DNA of 38,619 bases from Candidatus Fermentibacteraceae bacterium (GTDB taxonomy: Bacteria > Fermentibacterota > Fermentibacteria > Fermentibacterales > JCC-6), in contig JAWLEP010000015.1 in NCBI GenBank assembly GCA_041686025.1, forward strand, positions 1 to 38,619, given 5' to 3'. Shown here in pieces: positions 1 through 9,224 of the stretch. The stretch's first letter is position 1, and the number at the start of each line of letters is the position of its first letter. The notes beneath the pieces are model-generated. The model made no database searches and had not been told where the DNA came from. It saw only the letters and a program-made list of their open reading frames with translations. A program made the position numbers and the translations under genes.

Positions 1-9
1 TTTGAGCCG

Positions 10-95
10 TGGTACCGGAGGAGGGATTCGAACCCTCACGCCCCTGGGGGCAGCGGATTTTGAGTCCACCGCGTCTGCCGTTCCGCCACTCCGGC
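10..95 (-). tRNA. tRNA-Leu (CAA)
   Basis: Reverse complement GCCGGAGTGGCGGAACGGCAGACGCGGTGGACTCAAAATCCGCT...GGTTCGAATCCCTCCTCCGGTACCA: acceptor stem, CAA anticodon, long variable arm, T-loop, encoded CCA. Confidence 0.96.
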
Positions 96-107
96 ACCCG
101 ATGGGAA

Positions 108-136
108 GGAATACGGCGAAAAGGGAAGAGGGGCAA
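108..136 (-). promoter_or_regulatory. Putative sigma70-type promoter of tRNA-Leu
   Basis: Minus strand TTGCCC-N17-TATTCC just upstream of the tRNA; the -10 box is imperfect. Confidence 0.4.
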
Positions 137-142
137 GCCCTC

Positions 143-1432
143 CTAGAGGCTGGAGAGGGCCATGGCCAGGTCGTTGATTCCGCAGGGCCTGCTCACCCTG
201 CCGCCGGGCGAGAGCCCCCGGCCCTTCAGCTCGAAGAGAACCTTCTCCTCGGCTACTATGAGGCAGGGGACCGACTGCTCCTCAAGCACCGAAAGCAGCT
301 CGAAGGCCCGCTCGGAGTCCCGGGGGCCGAGGTCGGCCACCACGAACTTGATGCTGCCGGCCAGTGAGCGGACCTGGTCCTCGTCCGCCTCCCCGCCGTG
401 CACCGGGATCGGGGCGAAGCCCAGCAGGGTCAGCATCTTCTCGCCGCTCTCCAGGGTCTCCTCGTCGAAGGCCAGGTACATCACCGCCGGCCGCGTGCTG
501 CTCTGGTGGAGGCGGGAGCTCACCTCCTCGGACTCCTCCTCCACGGGGGTCTGGGGTTCCGCGGCGGCCCCCTCTTCCTCCGGCGCTTCCGGCCCGACCA
601 TAGCCCCGGTGCCCGCCACGATGATGTTGTCTCCCGCGTCGCCTCGCTCCCCGCCGCGGAGGAAGATCACGGCGGTTGCGGGAGGGTCCAGGCTCACCTC
701 GGCCCGGCCGGCGTCGGGGATGTCCACCACCTGCGGCTCCCGCTGGCTCTCCGCCCGGGAGGCGGCCTGCACCAGCCCGGCATCGCTGAGGGCCGGCACG
801 CTGGAGGCTATGGATACGCCCTTTGCCAGGTCCTCCTCCAGCGTATCCGGGATTCTCCCGCCCCAGTCCATCACCAGGAGGTCCTCCGAGAGGCCGGGCT
901 CCTCCCCCTCGGACGGGGGCAGCTGCAGCAGCTCGGCGATGATGTAGCCTGAGCCGGAAGCGGCCATTGCCTTGTCCAGCAGTCTCTTCCGAGTATCGAT
1001 CTCCGACTCCTCGCCCCCCAGCTTCTGGGACTCGATGATCAGGTCCAGCTCCACCTTGCGGTATCCCAGCTCCATGCGGCGGCGAAAGACCATGCAGTCT
1101 ATCTTGGCCCCGGCCACGTCGATGACGGTGGCCCGGCGGGGATCGCCCGGGATCATGAGATGGGGGTCGCCGCGGTTCAGTATCAGGTCGATGCCCATGC
1201 CTCCGGCGGTCTTGCCCAGGGACGCTTCGGCGTCCACTCCCAGCAGGTCGGAGCAGGCCCGGTTCATCCAGATGATCCTGCCGTCCTCCATGTCACGGGC
1301 CAGAAGGGCTGCCGGCATGCCTTCGAGGAGGGCGTTTCCGCCGGACCTGTCCGGCATGAACGGAAGGGCCTGCCAGTCCTCGAGGTCGGATATCTGACTA
1401 ATCAGCCTGTTGAGCTCTTCCTCAGCCGGCAT
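143..1432 (-). CDS. PAS-domain protein with C-terminal degenerate receiver (REC)-like domain
   Basis: LLEGMPAALLARDMEDGRIIWMNRACSDLLG is PAS-like; the C-terminus (KFVVADLG...VPCLIVAE...VSRPCGINDL) follows a CheY-fold pattern; SD GGAGG before ATG; TATAGT -10-like box at 1474-1479. Confidence 0.65.
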   Translation of the reverse strand: MPAEEELNRLISQISDLEDWQALPFMPDRSGGNALLEGMPAALLARDMEDGRIIWMNRACSDLLGVDAEASLGKTAGGMGIDLILNRGDPHLMIPGDPRRATVIDVAGAKIDCMVFRRRMELGYRKVELDLIIESQKLGGEESEIDTRKRLLDKAMAASGSGYIIAELLQLPPSEGEEPGLSEDLLVMDWGGRIPDTLEEDLAKGVSIASSVPALSDAGLVQAASRAESQREPQVVDIPDAGRAEVSLDPPATAVIFLRGGERGDAGDNIIVAGTGAMVGPEAPEEEGAAAEPQTPVEEESEEVSSRLHQSSTRPAVMYLAFDEETLESGEKMLTLLGFAPIPVHGGEADEDQVRSLAGSIKFVVADLGPRDSERAFELLSVLEEQSVPCLIVAEEKVLFELKGRGLSPGGRVSRPCGINDLAMALSSL

Positions 1433-1516
1433 GATCCCTCCGAAACTGTTTACTGAGATGCGGGGCGAAGCCTACTATAAATAAAACCACGGGAGAAAGC
1501 CAGTCCGCCTCCGGGG

Positions 1517-3496
1517 CTACTCCTCCCGCCGGCGCAGCATGCCCAGCACGGCCCGCGAGGCGGCCACCCTGATCTCCCTGGACGGGCTTCTGAGGAAGTC
1601 CTCCAGCAGTATCCCCGGGTTCACCCGGCGGGACACCTCCACCCAGCGCAGGAAGGCAATGGTGGCCCCTCTGGTCATACCGATACCGCCGCTGCGGAGC
1701 CTTCCCACCAGAGCCAGTGCCCGGTCCGGCTCCGGCGGGACCCCGCAGCTGTGAAGCACCCGCAGCAGCAGCTCCAGGTCCGCCCCGTCCATGTAGGCCA
1801 GGGCCCCCAGGAGCCGCTTTCCGGTCTGGGCGTCGGGAAGGTGCCCCAGGCTCTCCAGGGCCCGCATCCGCTCCCCGTTCCAACGGGCACCTTTGTGTAT
1901 GCCGCTGGCCAGAGCCGAAGCGAGCTTCTCGAGGGTAGCCTCGGAGATGCCCTGGGGACGGAGCAGCTTGAGCCAGCGAAGCGGGAGGCCGCTGGCCGGC
2001 CCATCCGGCCCGTGCGCGTCGAGGGCCTGCAGCACGGCCTCCGCCGCCGGCTGGCCGCCGCAGGCCAGCAGGGCCTGCCAGGCCCTGGAGCGGGGGCGGT
2101 AGTCGGGGTGGCCCGCCAGCCGGGCCAGGGCGGGGGCCGCCTCCCCCGGTGCCAGCATGGCCAGCGCCTCCAGCGCCGCCCCCCGCTCCTCCACCAGGTC
2201 CCGTCCCCGGCCGCCGGGATGGTCCCGCAGGGCCGTCCGCAGCAGCAGGCCGCGGCAGTCGGTGCAGCCGGCGGTCCCCATCCCCCTCAGGGCCTGCCGC
2301 CGGACCCAGGTGCTGGGATCTTCCCGGGCCAGGGATTCCAGCCTCGGCCCCAGATCCGACCCGCCCAGGCGGGCCGCCGCCTCCACCGCTCTGCTGCGGA
2401 CGTGGGGACTGGGGTCCTCCATGGCGCGGGCCAGGGCCGGAAGGGCCTCCTCGGCTCCGCAGGCTCCCAGGGCGTAGGCCGCGCTCTTGCGCAGGTCGGC
2501 GCAGGCCTTCCCCTCCAGCACCCGAACCAGACCGGCAGCCACCTCCCTGTCTCCGGAGAAGCCGCAGGCCTCCACCAGGGCCTTCGCCCCCCGGGTCCCT
2601 CCCTCCGCTTCCTCTCCCGCCGCCAGGGCGGACAGCATCCGGTTGAGCCGGGGAAGCTCGCGGCTCACCCTCAGCGCTCCCCTGGCCTCCCCCCGAAGCT
2701 CCTTCTTGGCCCGTCCCGCAGTCTCCGCCAGCTCCTCCGGCGACGACCCGTCCCCGGGCCCCACGAATACGCTGCTGACGTCCAGGTAATCGAAGAATCG
2801 GAAGGAACCGCTCCTGTCCAGGGTCTCTATTCCCCCCGCCGCCCGGTCGGCCTCGTCGTAGAAGCCGGGGCTGCGGCTGCGGAACTCCTCCAGGGCGGCG
2901 GCAACCGCCTCCCGCAGCTGCGGCGCGGGGCCCACGCAGACGAAGTCGTCTCCGCCCACGTGGGCCGCCAGACATCCGGGGGGCATGTGCCGGGAGAGTA
3001 CGTCGGCCAGGAGCCTGATGACCGCATCTCCGCGGGAGAAGCCGTAGTAGTCGTTGAAGGGCTTGAAGCTGCGTATGTCGATGTAGGCGGCGGACTCGCC
3101 GCTGCCCAGCACCCTTCGCCGCAGGGCGGCCCGGACCGCGCTGTTGCCCGGCAGGCCGGTGAGGGGGCTGGTCTCCCGCATCAGGTCCAGACCGCCGCGG
3201 ACCGACCGGCAGACGCTTTTCAGGCCCTCCAGGCCCACCTCCGGGGGCAGAAAGCCCCAGCATCCGGCCTCCACCCACTCCCGGCCGCCTTCGGCGGAGA
3301 GGACCAGCCAGGGCAGGGCGCCGGAGGGAGACGCGCTCTCCAGCGCCTCCAGAGCGGCTTCGGGGGGCAGCCGGCCGTCCACCAGGACCATGCGGGGATT
3401 CAGTCCGTCCGCCGGGTCCAGCCGGGGAAGGCTCTTCCATGGGGGACGGAAGGCCCCCAGCCGGCAGACGCCCTCCAGGGGGGCGGAGCTACCCAT
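1517..3496 (-). CDS. Diguanylate cyclase-like protein: degenerate REC + GGDEF (GGDDF) + HEAT repeats
   Basis: SPLTGLPGN, YIDIRSFKPFNDYYGFSRGD and HVGGDDF motifs; HEAT/PBS-type repeats (DPSPHVRSRAVEAA, DPSTWVRRQALRGMG); SD GGAGGTGA at 3506-3513. Confidence 0.85.
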   Translation of the reverse strand: MGSSAPLEGVCRLGAFRPPWKSLPRLDPADGLNPRMVLVDGRLPPEAALEALESASPSGALPWLVLSAEGGREWVEAGCWGFLPPEVGLEGLKSVCRSVRGGLDLMRETSPLTGLPGNSAVRAALRRRVLGSGESAAYIDIRSFKPFNDYYGFSRGDAVIRLLADVLSRHMPPGCLAAHVGGDDFVCVGPAPQLREAVAAALEEFRSRSPGFYDEADRAAGGIETLDRSGSFRFFDYLDVSSVFVGPGDGSSPEELAETAGRAKKELRGEARGALRVSRELPRLNRMLSALAAGEEAEGGTRGAKALVEACGFSGDREVAAGLVRVLEGKACADLRKSAAYALGACGAEEALPALARAMEDPSPHVRSRAVEAAARLGGSDLGPRLESLAREDPSTWVRRQALRGMGTAGCTDCRGLLLRTALRDHPGGRGRDLVEERGAALEALAMLAPGEAAPALARLAGHPDYRPRSRAWQALLACGGQPAAEAVLQALDAHGPDGPASGLPLRWLKLLRPQGISEATLEKLASALASGIHKGARWNGERMRALESLGHLPDAQTGKRLLGALAYMDGADLELLLRVLHSCGVPPEPDRALALVGRLRSGGIGMTRGATIAFLRWVEVSRRVNPGILLEDFLRSPSREIRVAASRAVLGMLRRREE

Positions 3497-4490
3497 CGAA
3501 CAGCCTCACCTCCGATCCGTCCTCGTCCAGCACCAGCTCTCCCACCGGCTCGGAGGCCGAGGGACCCTCGCCCCCCAGCACGGCGTCCACCATGGAGTCC
3601 ACAGTCAGAAGCCCCACGGGCTGGCCCGTCTTGCCCATCACCACCCCCGCAGGTGCGCTCACCCGCTCCATCTCGAAGATGGCCCTGGCGGCTCCGGTGC
3701 GGCGCTGGAAGTAGGGCAGAGGATCGGTTACGGCCAGCGGGTCCTGGCGCCCCCCCAGGCGGAGCAGCTCGTGGGTGCGGACGTATCCCAGGAGGGTACT
3801 GCCGTCGGCCTCGTACACCAGAAGGAAGGAGCTGGAGGACTCCCGGGCGCTGCGGTGAAGGGAGGCCCTGCTCTGGTCGGTGCGGATGGAGGGGGCGGAG
3901 TCCAGGGGCATCATGTGCTCGTAGACCGTGTCGGTTGCCATCTCCAGCATACGGCTGGCCTCCTCGCCCCGGACGCCTCCCGAGGCCGCCAGCATGCCCC
4001 TCACCTCCTCGCGGCTCTCGAAGAAGCGCGAAGGCCCGCCCCCCCCGGTTATCAGCCTGGAGAGGCCCTCGGCGGCTATGATCACCGGGTACAGCAGGTA
4101 CCGCAGGACGGTGAGCACCGGAGACAGCGAGTCGACTATCCTGTTGCGGATGGCGAAGAAAAGCCTCTTGGGCATCACCTCCCCCGCCACCAGTATGACC
4201 ACCGTGGTCAGTACCACCGAGGCAGTCTCCGCCAGCTGCCCCCCCATCCTCTGTCCGATTCCGGCTCCCACGGTGGATGCCAGCACGTTGCCCACGTTGG
4301 TGGCCACCAGGGTGGTGGAGAGGAAGTACCTGGGGCGCGACATGATGCGGACCGCCATTCCCGCCAGGGAGCTGCCCCTCCTCATCCTGGCGTAGGCCGC
4401 TATGCGGCTGGCGCCGGAGAAAGCGATCTCGCTGCCGCTGCCCAGGACGGACAGGGCCAGTCCCAGCAGGAAGAGGGCGGCAAGCACCAC
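3489..4490 (-). CDS. CNNM/DUF21 + CBS domain membrane protein (CorC/HlyC family), lacking a full C-terminal CorC domain
   Basis: SGSEIAFS, LSTTLVATNVGNV and GEVMPKRL DUF21 motifs; CBS pair ending GLLTVDSMVDAVLG. Confidence 0.85.
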   Translation of the reverse strand: MVLAALFLLGLALSVLGSGSEIAFSGASRIAAYARMRRGSSLAGMAVRIMSRPRYFLSTTLVATNVGNVLASTVGAGIGQRMGGQLAETASVVLTTVVILVAGEVMPKRLFFAIRNRIVDSLSPVLTVLRYLLYPVIIAAEGLSRLITGGGGPSRFFESREEVRGMLAASGGVRGEEASRMLEMATDTVYEHMMPLDSAPSIRTDQSRASLHRSARESSSSFLLVYEADGSTLLGYVRTHELLRLGGRQDPLAVTDPLPYFQRRTGAARAIFEMERVSAPAGVVMGKTGQPVGLLTVDSMVDAVLGGEGPSASEPVGELVLDEDGSEVRLFDG

Positions 4491-4491
4491 G

Positions 4492-5697
4492 CTAGTCCTC
4501 CCCCCTGGTCACCCGCACCCGCAGGACGCGCCTTCCGTCCGCCTCCCGCACGGAGAAGACCAGTCCCCGGGCCGCTATCCGCTCTCCCACAGCGGGTATG
4601 CGTCCGCTGACCTCCTCCAGGAAGCCGGCGCAGGTGGTGGCGTACTGGGCCCTCAGGTCCACCCCCGTCAGCCGGGACAGGGCCTCCAGGCCCAGGGAGC
4701 CGGGAACGTCCAGGCGTCCGGCCCTCCTCACCACCCCCGGGGGCAGCTCCCCCTCCTCGGCCACTCCCTGGAACAGGGCGATCTCCAGAACGTCGTCCAC
4801 GGTGACGATGCCGCTCCAGTCCCCGTACTCGTCGAACACGGCCCCGATCTCGGCCCCGGTCCGCCGCAGCCCCTTCAGCACACTTCTGGCCGAGACGGTC
4901 TCGGGGAAGCCGGGGATGGCGTGCACCGCAACCGTGTCCCTGCCGGGGGTGAGGACGTCCCGGGCCATCACGTAGCCGATCATCTTCTCCTCCGGGCCGT
5001 CCACCACCGGGTAGCGGGTGTGGCTGGTCTCCCGCACTGCGGCCACCACCCGGGATGCCGGCCACTCGGTGCGCACTATCACCGCGTCGTTGCGGGGAAT
5101 CATGGCGCTCCTGCAGCTGATGTGGTCCAGGTTCATCAGGGCCAGAGTGGGCCTGGCCTCCTCCCCCAGGACGCCCTCGATCCGGCCCAGCTCCACCAGG
5201 GACACCACCTCGGAGCGGTTCAGGCTGTCGTCGGATGCGGGCTGGTGGCTGAGGTGCCTCAGGGGCAGCGATCCCAGCCTGCTGAGGGCGCGCGTCAGGG
5301 GGCGGGAGACGGCTATGAGGCGGGACATGGGAGCCGAGGCCCGGCGGGTCCATGTCTCGGCGTGATGGACGGCCAGCGTCTTGGGCGAGATCTCACCGGC
5401 CACCAGCAGGACGAAGGTCATGCCCAGCACGGAGACCCCCATGCCCAGCGACCCGCCCAGGTGCTCGGCCACCAGCATGGCGGCCAGGGCCGAGGCCACC
5501 ACGTTCACCACGGTGTTGCCCAGAAGTATGGTGGCGAGCAGCAGGTCGGGGTGCTCCAGCATCCCCAGCACCCGCCGGCCCCGGCGGTCGGACTCCAGTC
5601 TGCGGCGCTGTATCCGGTTGAGGCTGAAGAAGGCGGTCTCGGTACCGCTGAAGAAGGCCGACAGCAACAGCAGGAGGGGAAGGGCTACCAGCTTCAG
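4492..5697 (-). CDS. Hemolysin/CNNM family protein (DUF21-CBS-CorC); start probably CTG at 5697
   Basis: SAFFSGTETAFFSL, LATILLGNTVVNV, GEISPKTLA, HTRYPV and DEYGDWSGIVTVDDVLE motifs plus a CorC domain. Family-like sequence begins at about 5697, where CTG overlaps the upstream TGA (CTGA). The ORF-track start at 5877 overlaps the upstream gene by over 180 nt. Confidence 0.85.
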   Translation of the reverse strand: MKLVALPLLLLLSAFFSGTETAFFSLNRIQRRRLESDRRGRRVLGMLEHPDLLLATILLGNTVVNVVASALAAMLVAEHLGGSLGMGVSVLGMTFVLLVAGEISPKTLAVHHAETWTRRASAPMSRLIAVSRPLTRALSRLGSLPLRHLSHQPASDDSLNRSEVVSLVELGRIEGVLGEEARPTLALMNLDHISCRSAMIPRNDAVIVRTEWPASRVVAAVRETSHTRYPVVDGPEEKMIGYVMARDVLTPGRDTVAVHAIPGFPETVSARSVLKGLRRTGAEIGAVFDEYGDWSGIVTVDDVLEIALFQGVAEEGELPPGVVRRAGRLDVPGSLGLEALSRLTGVDLRAQYATTCAGFLEEVSGRIPAVGERIAARGLVFSVREADGRRVLRVRVTRGED

Positions 5698-7010
5698 CGT
5701 CTTCCCCGCCTTCTCCCCCCGTCGGTGGAATCCGGCTCCGGGGCCGGGCCCAGCGTGAACCGTCGGGTCCATGTCTTGTCGAAGTACTGCCGGCTGGAGT
5801 AGGTGGGCTTGATGGACAGCCGCATGGTGTACTCGCCGGCGGGCAGCGGACGTCCGGACCGGTCGGACCCGTCCCATTCCACGGAGAGGTCGGGGGACCA
5901 GACCCGCCTGTCCACCACCATGGAGGCCAGCTCCCCGTCGGGGCCCAGAACCTCCAGGTCCACCGAGGAGGTCTCCGTGATCACGGCGTCGAGGGTGAAG
6001 CCGCGGGGACCCAGGTCCAGCTGCAGGTCCCGGAGGTCGCTGCCCACCCAGTAGTACCTGGCCCCGGCCCGCTCGGAGACGAAGATCTGCCCGAAGCGGC
6101 GCCAGATGGCCAGTCCCCTGGGATGGTCCAGCTCCCGGTCCCCGGTGCCGGGGCTGCCCCAGCTGTCCAGGTAGAGCAGGTCGGGGTCCAGCTTGTGAAC
6201 CTGGCAGGTCACGCTGTCGGGGACCCAGACGTTGCCCATGTAGTCCACCTCCGGGTAGCAGAGGACCTCGCCCCCGAACTCCGATGCCTCCACGGAGGCC
6301 GCCACACCGCCGTCGATGAGCTTCACCAGCCGCCTGCCCTCCTCCACCACCACGTACTGCACCGGGTCTTCCACCGAGCTGTGCAACCAGCGGTCGCCGG
6401 AGACGGAGGCCACCCCGGTGGGCATGGCCAGGCCGATGGTGTCGGGGGAGGCGTCATCCACGGACTCGAAGACGTACAGGGCCCCGCCGGCCCTGTCGGT
6501 GACGCACAGGGAGCCGTCGCCGTTCACAGACACCCCCCAGGGCTCTTCGAACTCGAAGGGCAGCCGCCCGGCCGGGCGCATCCTCGACCCTCGCCTCTGC
6601 AGGATCATCACCCGGCGGTTGCCGGTGTCGGCCACGTACACCGAGCCGTCGGGCTCGGCGTCAATTCCGTGGGGGCTGCTGAGCTGGTCCTCCGCCGCCC
6701 CCTCGCCGCCGTAGAGGCCCAGCGTGTACATGCTGGCGTTGTATATGATGTGGCCGCTGCCGCAGTTGACACCGTAGACGGCCAGCTCGTCGTCGTCGGA
6801 CCGGCCGGGGTCGTCCCAGGCCTCCAGCTTGACGCAGGCCAGGTCCTGGGGATTGTCGAAGCGGACCAGCCCTCCCAGCAGCATGGCCAGCTGCTCGGTG
6901 CCCGCCCTGTAGATGCCCATGCAGTGCCCGTAGGGCGGGAACACCATGGTGGTGGCGTGGTCGGGCTCCACGATAAAGCTGGCGCAGAGGGCCAGCAGCA
7001 GCGCCGTCAT
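5694..7010 (-). CDS. Secreted NHL-repeat beta-propeller protein with C-terminal FlgD-Ig-like domain
   Basis: Hydrophobic N-terminus; NHL motifs (LSSPHGIDAEPDGSVYVADTGNRRV, LDHPRGLAI); C-terminal WDGSDRSGRPLPAGEYTMRL. Confidence 0.8.
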   Translation of the reverse strand: MTALLLALCASFIVEPDHATTMVFPPYGHCMGIYRAGTEQLAMLLGGLVRFDNPQDLACVKLEAWDDPGRSDDDELAVYGVNCGSGHIIYNASMYTLGLYGGEGAAEDQLSSPHGIDAEPDGSVYVADTGNRRVMILQRRGSRMRPAGRLPFEFEEPWGVSVNGDGSLCVTDRAGGALYVFESVDDASPDTIGLAMPTGVASVSGDRWLHSSVEDPVQYVVVEEGRRLVKLIDGGVAASVEASEFGGEVLCYPEVDYMGNVWVPDSVTCQVHKLDPDLLYLDSWGSPGTGDRELDHPRGLAIWRRFGQIFVSERAGARYYWVGSDLRDLQLDLGPRGFTLDAVITETSSVDLEVLGPDGELASMVVDRRVWSPDLSVEWDGSDRSGRPLPAGEYTMRLSIKPTYSSRQYFDKTWTRRFTLGPAPEPDSTDGGRRRGRR

Positions 7011-9214
7011 GGCCGTCTCCCTTCGTATATCCAGGCCGACCGCAGGACCTTCTTCACGTACATCCTGGTCTCCCGGTAGGTAATCTGCTCGATGTACAGC
7101 TCCGGGTCACCCGGGTCCCATCCGTGCATGTCCATCCACCTCCGGGCGTTGCCCGGCCCGGCGTTGTAGGCGGCCAGGCAAAGGGGCTCCACCCCGTCGA
7201 AGCTCTCGTACTGGCGGTTTATGTACAGCGCGCCGTAGCGGATGGAGTTCTCGGGTACGTAGAACTCCTCCTCGGAGAGCCTGGGCAGGCCGTACCAGCG
7301 GGCCACGTCCCCGGCGGTACCCGGCATGAGCTGTATAAGCCCCCGGGCTCCGGCCCAGGAGACCACCCAGCGGTCGAAGTAGCTCTCCTCCCGCATGATC
7401 CCCTGGAGTATGGAGGGCTGCAGGGAGAGGCCGGCGGCCACCTCCCGGGCCAGGCGGCCGTAGGGGTCGGGGAAGTAGAAGGGCAGCATGCCGTCGGGGA
7501 GCATTCCCTCGCCCTCCTCGCGCAGCCGGGTATCGATCCTCCGCATCAGGGTCATGGCCGCCCGGGTCTCCCCCAGCAGCGACAGCAGCCGCGCCCGCAC
7601 CATCGGGTCCCCGCTGCTTCCGTCCCGGAGCATGGAGGGAAGCGCGGCCCCGTATCCGCTCTCCATCATCTCCACCACCAGCGCACCCTCCGGGGTCCCG
7701 GCCACGGACGTCTCCAGCGGCGAGGACGGCGCAGGCCCGGCGAGGTCCAGCCGGCGCGCGGCCAGCATGCCGTAGAACTCCCAGGGATGCTCGGCAGATA
7801 CCTGCGAGAGCAGGCTGCGGGCCTGGGAGTGCCGACCCTTGCGGGCGGCGTAGCGGGCCCTCCAGAACAGCATCTCGTCCCGCCAGTAGCTCCTGGGGTA
7901 GCGCTGGATGCCCAGCCTCCACACCGAGTCCCCTTCGGCGCCCCTGCCGCACATGTACAGGCAGAAGCCGCCCCTCCAGTGAGCCCTGGAGTCGCCCTCC
8001 CAGACCCCGTCGGACCGAAGCGATGCCACGTAGGCGTCCGCCGCCTGCGGCCAGTCCTGCTCGCTGTCGAAGTACTTCCCGGCCAGGTAGGCGGCCTCAC
8101 GGGAGGCGGGATGCCAGGGGAAGGCCTCCGCCAGAGCGGTGTAGGCGGAATAGGCGGCTTCCCTCCGGCCCAGGGCCCGAAGCGCCCGGGCCCGGTAGAG
8201 CATGGCCCGGGCCTGCAGCTCGTCGGAGGCTTCGGAGGACAGCACCGAGTCGCACATGGCCAGCAGACGGGAGTGCTCATCGGCGCCGCGCAGGAGGGCC
8301 ATGCGAATGCCGGCGGCCTGCTCCGGGGAAGACCCCGGTCCGGTCATGCCCTCCGCCAGCCCGCACCTGTCGTTGCTGCAGAGTATGTCCGCCAGGCTCC
8401 AGGATTCACCGTAGATGGCGGGCCACCGGAGCAGCAGCTCCTCCGCCGCCACCGCCGCGGCCTCGCCCCCCGCCTCCAGGACCTCCTCCAGACGCTGGCG
8501 GCCGGCGTCCATGGCCGCCAGCCTCCGGGCCAGCAGCAGCTGCGCGCCGTCGCCGCCCATGGAGGCGTAGGCCCTCTCCCAGAGGTCGCCGGGGCTGTAC
8601 AGGAGCTTCTCCAGCTCCAGCAGGACCCTCTCCCGCAGCAGCGGCATCACCGCCGCGTCGGCGGCCGCCACCTCCAGCTGCCTTCGGGTGAGGCCGCCGG
8701 GAGGAGTGGCCTCGGCGCGCACCATCCGCTCCACCGCTCCCTTGGGCGGAGGAAGGACCATGACCCCCTCCATCCGCAGCGAGTCCGGAAGGTCCCTCAT
8801 CAGCCACAGGCGAAGCAGGGGCCGGTCGGCTCCCGCCAGCTCCAGGGCCTCCTCCGGCCTGCGGGCCATGTCCAGCAGGGAGACCTTCCAGCCGGTGAGG
8901 GGGCCCCAGCCGGCGGACTCCAGGCTGTCCAGCAGCCGCAGGGCCAGGTCCTCCCGCCCCCGGCAGTGGTAGCTTCCCAGCAGGCGGACCAGCGCGTCGG
9001 CGGAACCGATCTCCCCCCGGTCCAGTCCCTCCAGCAGAAGCCTCCGGGCCGCATCGGGCCGGCCGTACATCAGCAGGGAGTCTATGCCCGTCAGGGACGG
9101 GGAGTCGGGAAGGGGAGGCCGGGGCGGGGGCGCGGAGGTCTCCTCCGGAAACAGGCTGCAGGAGGCGAGGAAGAGCAGCAACAGCAGCGGTACCGCGGCA
9201 GGGACTGGGCGCAA
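7007..9214 (-). CDS. Slt70-like lytic murein transglycosylase lipoprotein with TPR-like superhelix
   Basis: Lipobox LASC; SLT motifs IMREESYF, GARGLIQLMPGTA, LAAYNAGPGN, ETRMYVKKV. Confidence 0.9.
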   Translation of the reverse strand: MRPVPAAVPLLLLLFLASCSLFPEETSAPPPRPPLPDSPSLTGIDSLLMYGRPDAARRLLLEGLDRGEIGSADALVRLLGSYHCRGREDLALRLLDSLESAGWGPLTGWKVSLLDMARRPEEALELAGADRPLLRLWLMRDLPDSLRMEGVMVLPPPKGAVERMVRAEATPPGGLTRRQLEVAAADAAVMPLLRERVLLELEKLLYSPGDLWERAYASMGGDGAQLLLARRLAAMDAGRQRLEEVLEAGGEAAAVAAEELLLRWPAIYGESWSLADILCSNDRCGLAEGMTGPGSSPEQAAGIRMALLRGADEHSRLLAMCDSVLSSEASDELQARAMLYRARALRALGRREAAYSAYTALAEAFPWHPASREAAYLAGKYFDSEQDWPQAADAYVASLRSDGVWEGDSRAHWRGGFCLYMCGRGAEGDSVWRLGIQRYPRSYWRDEMLFWRARYAARKGRHSQARSLLSQVSAEHPWEFYGMLAARRLDLAGPAPSSPLETSVAGTPEGALVVEMMESGYGAALPSMLRDGSSGDPMVRARLLSLLGETRAAMTLMRRIDTRLREEGEGMLPDGMLPFYFPDPYGRLAREVAAGLSLQPSILQGIMREESYFDRWVVSWAGARGLIQLMPGTAGDVARWYGLPRLSEEEFYVPENSIRYGALYINRQYESFDGVEPLCLAAYNAGPGNARRWMDMHGWDPGDPELYIEQITYRETRMYVKKVLRSAWIYEGRRP

Positions 9215-9224
9215 GACCGACCTC

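Noticed and set aside
2..367. Plus-strand 121-aa ORF at the window start
   Set aside because: Antisense to tRNA-Leu and the PAS gene; no coding evidence.
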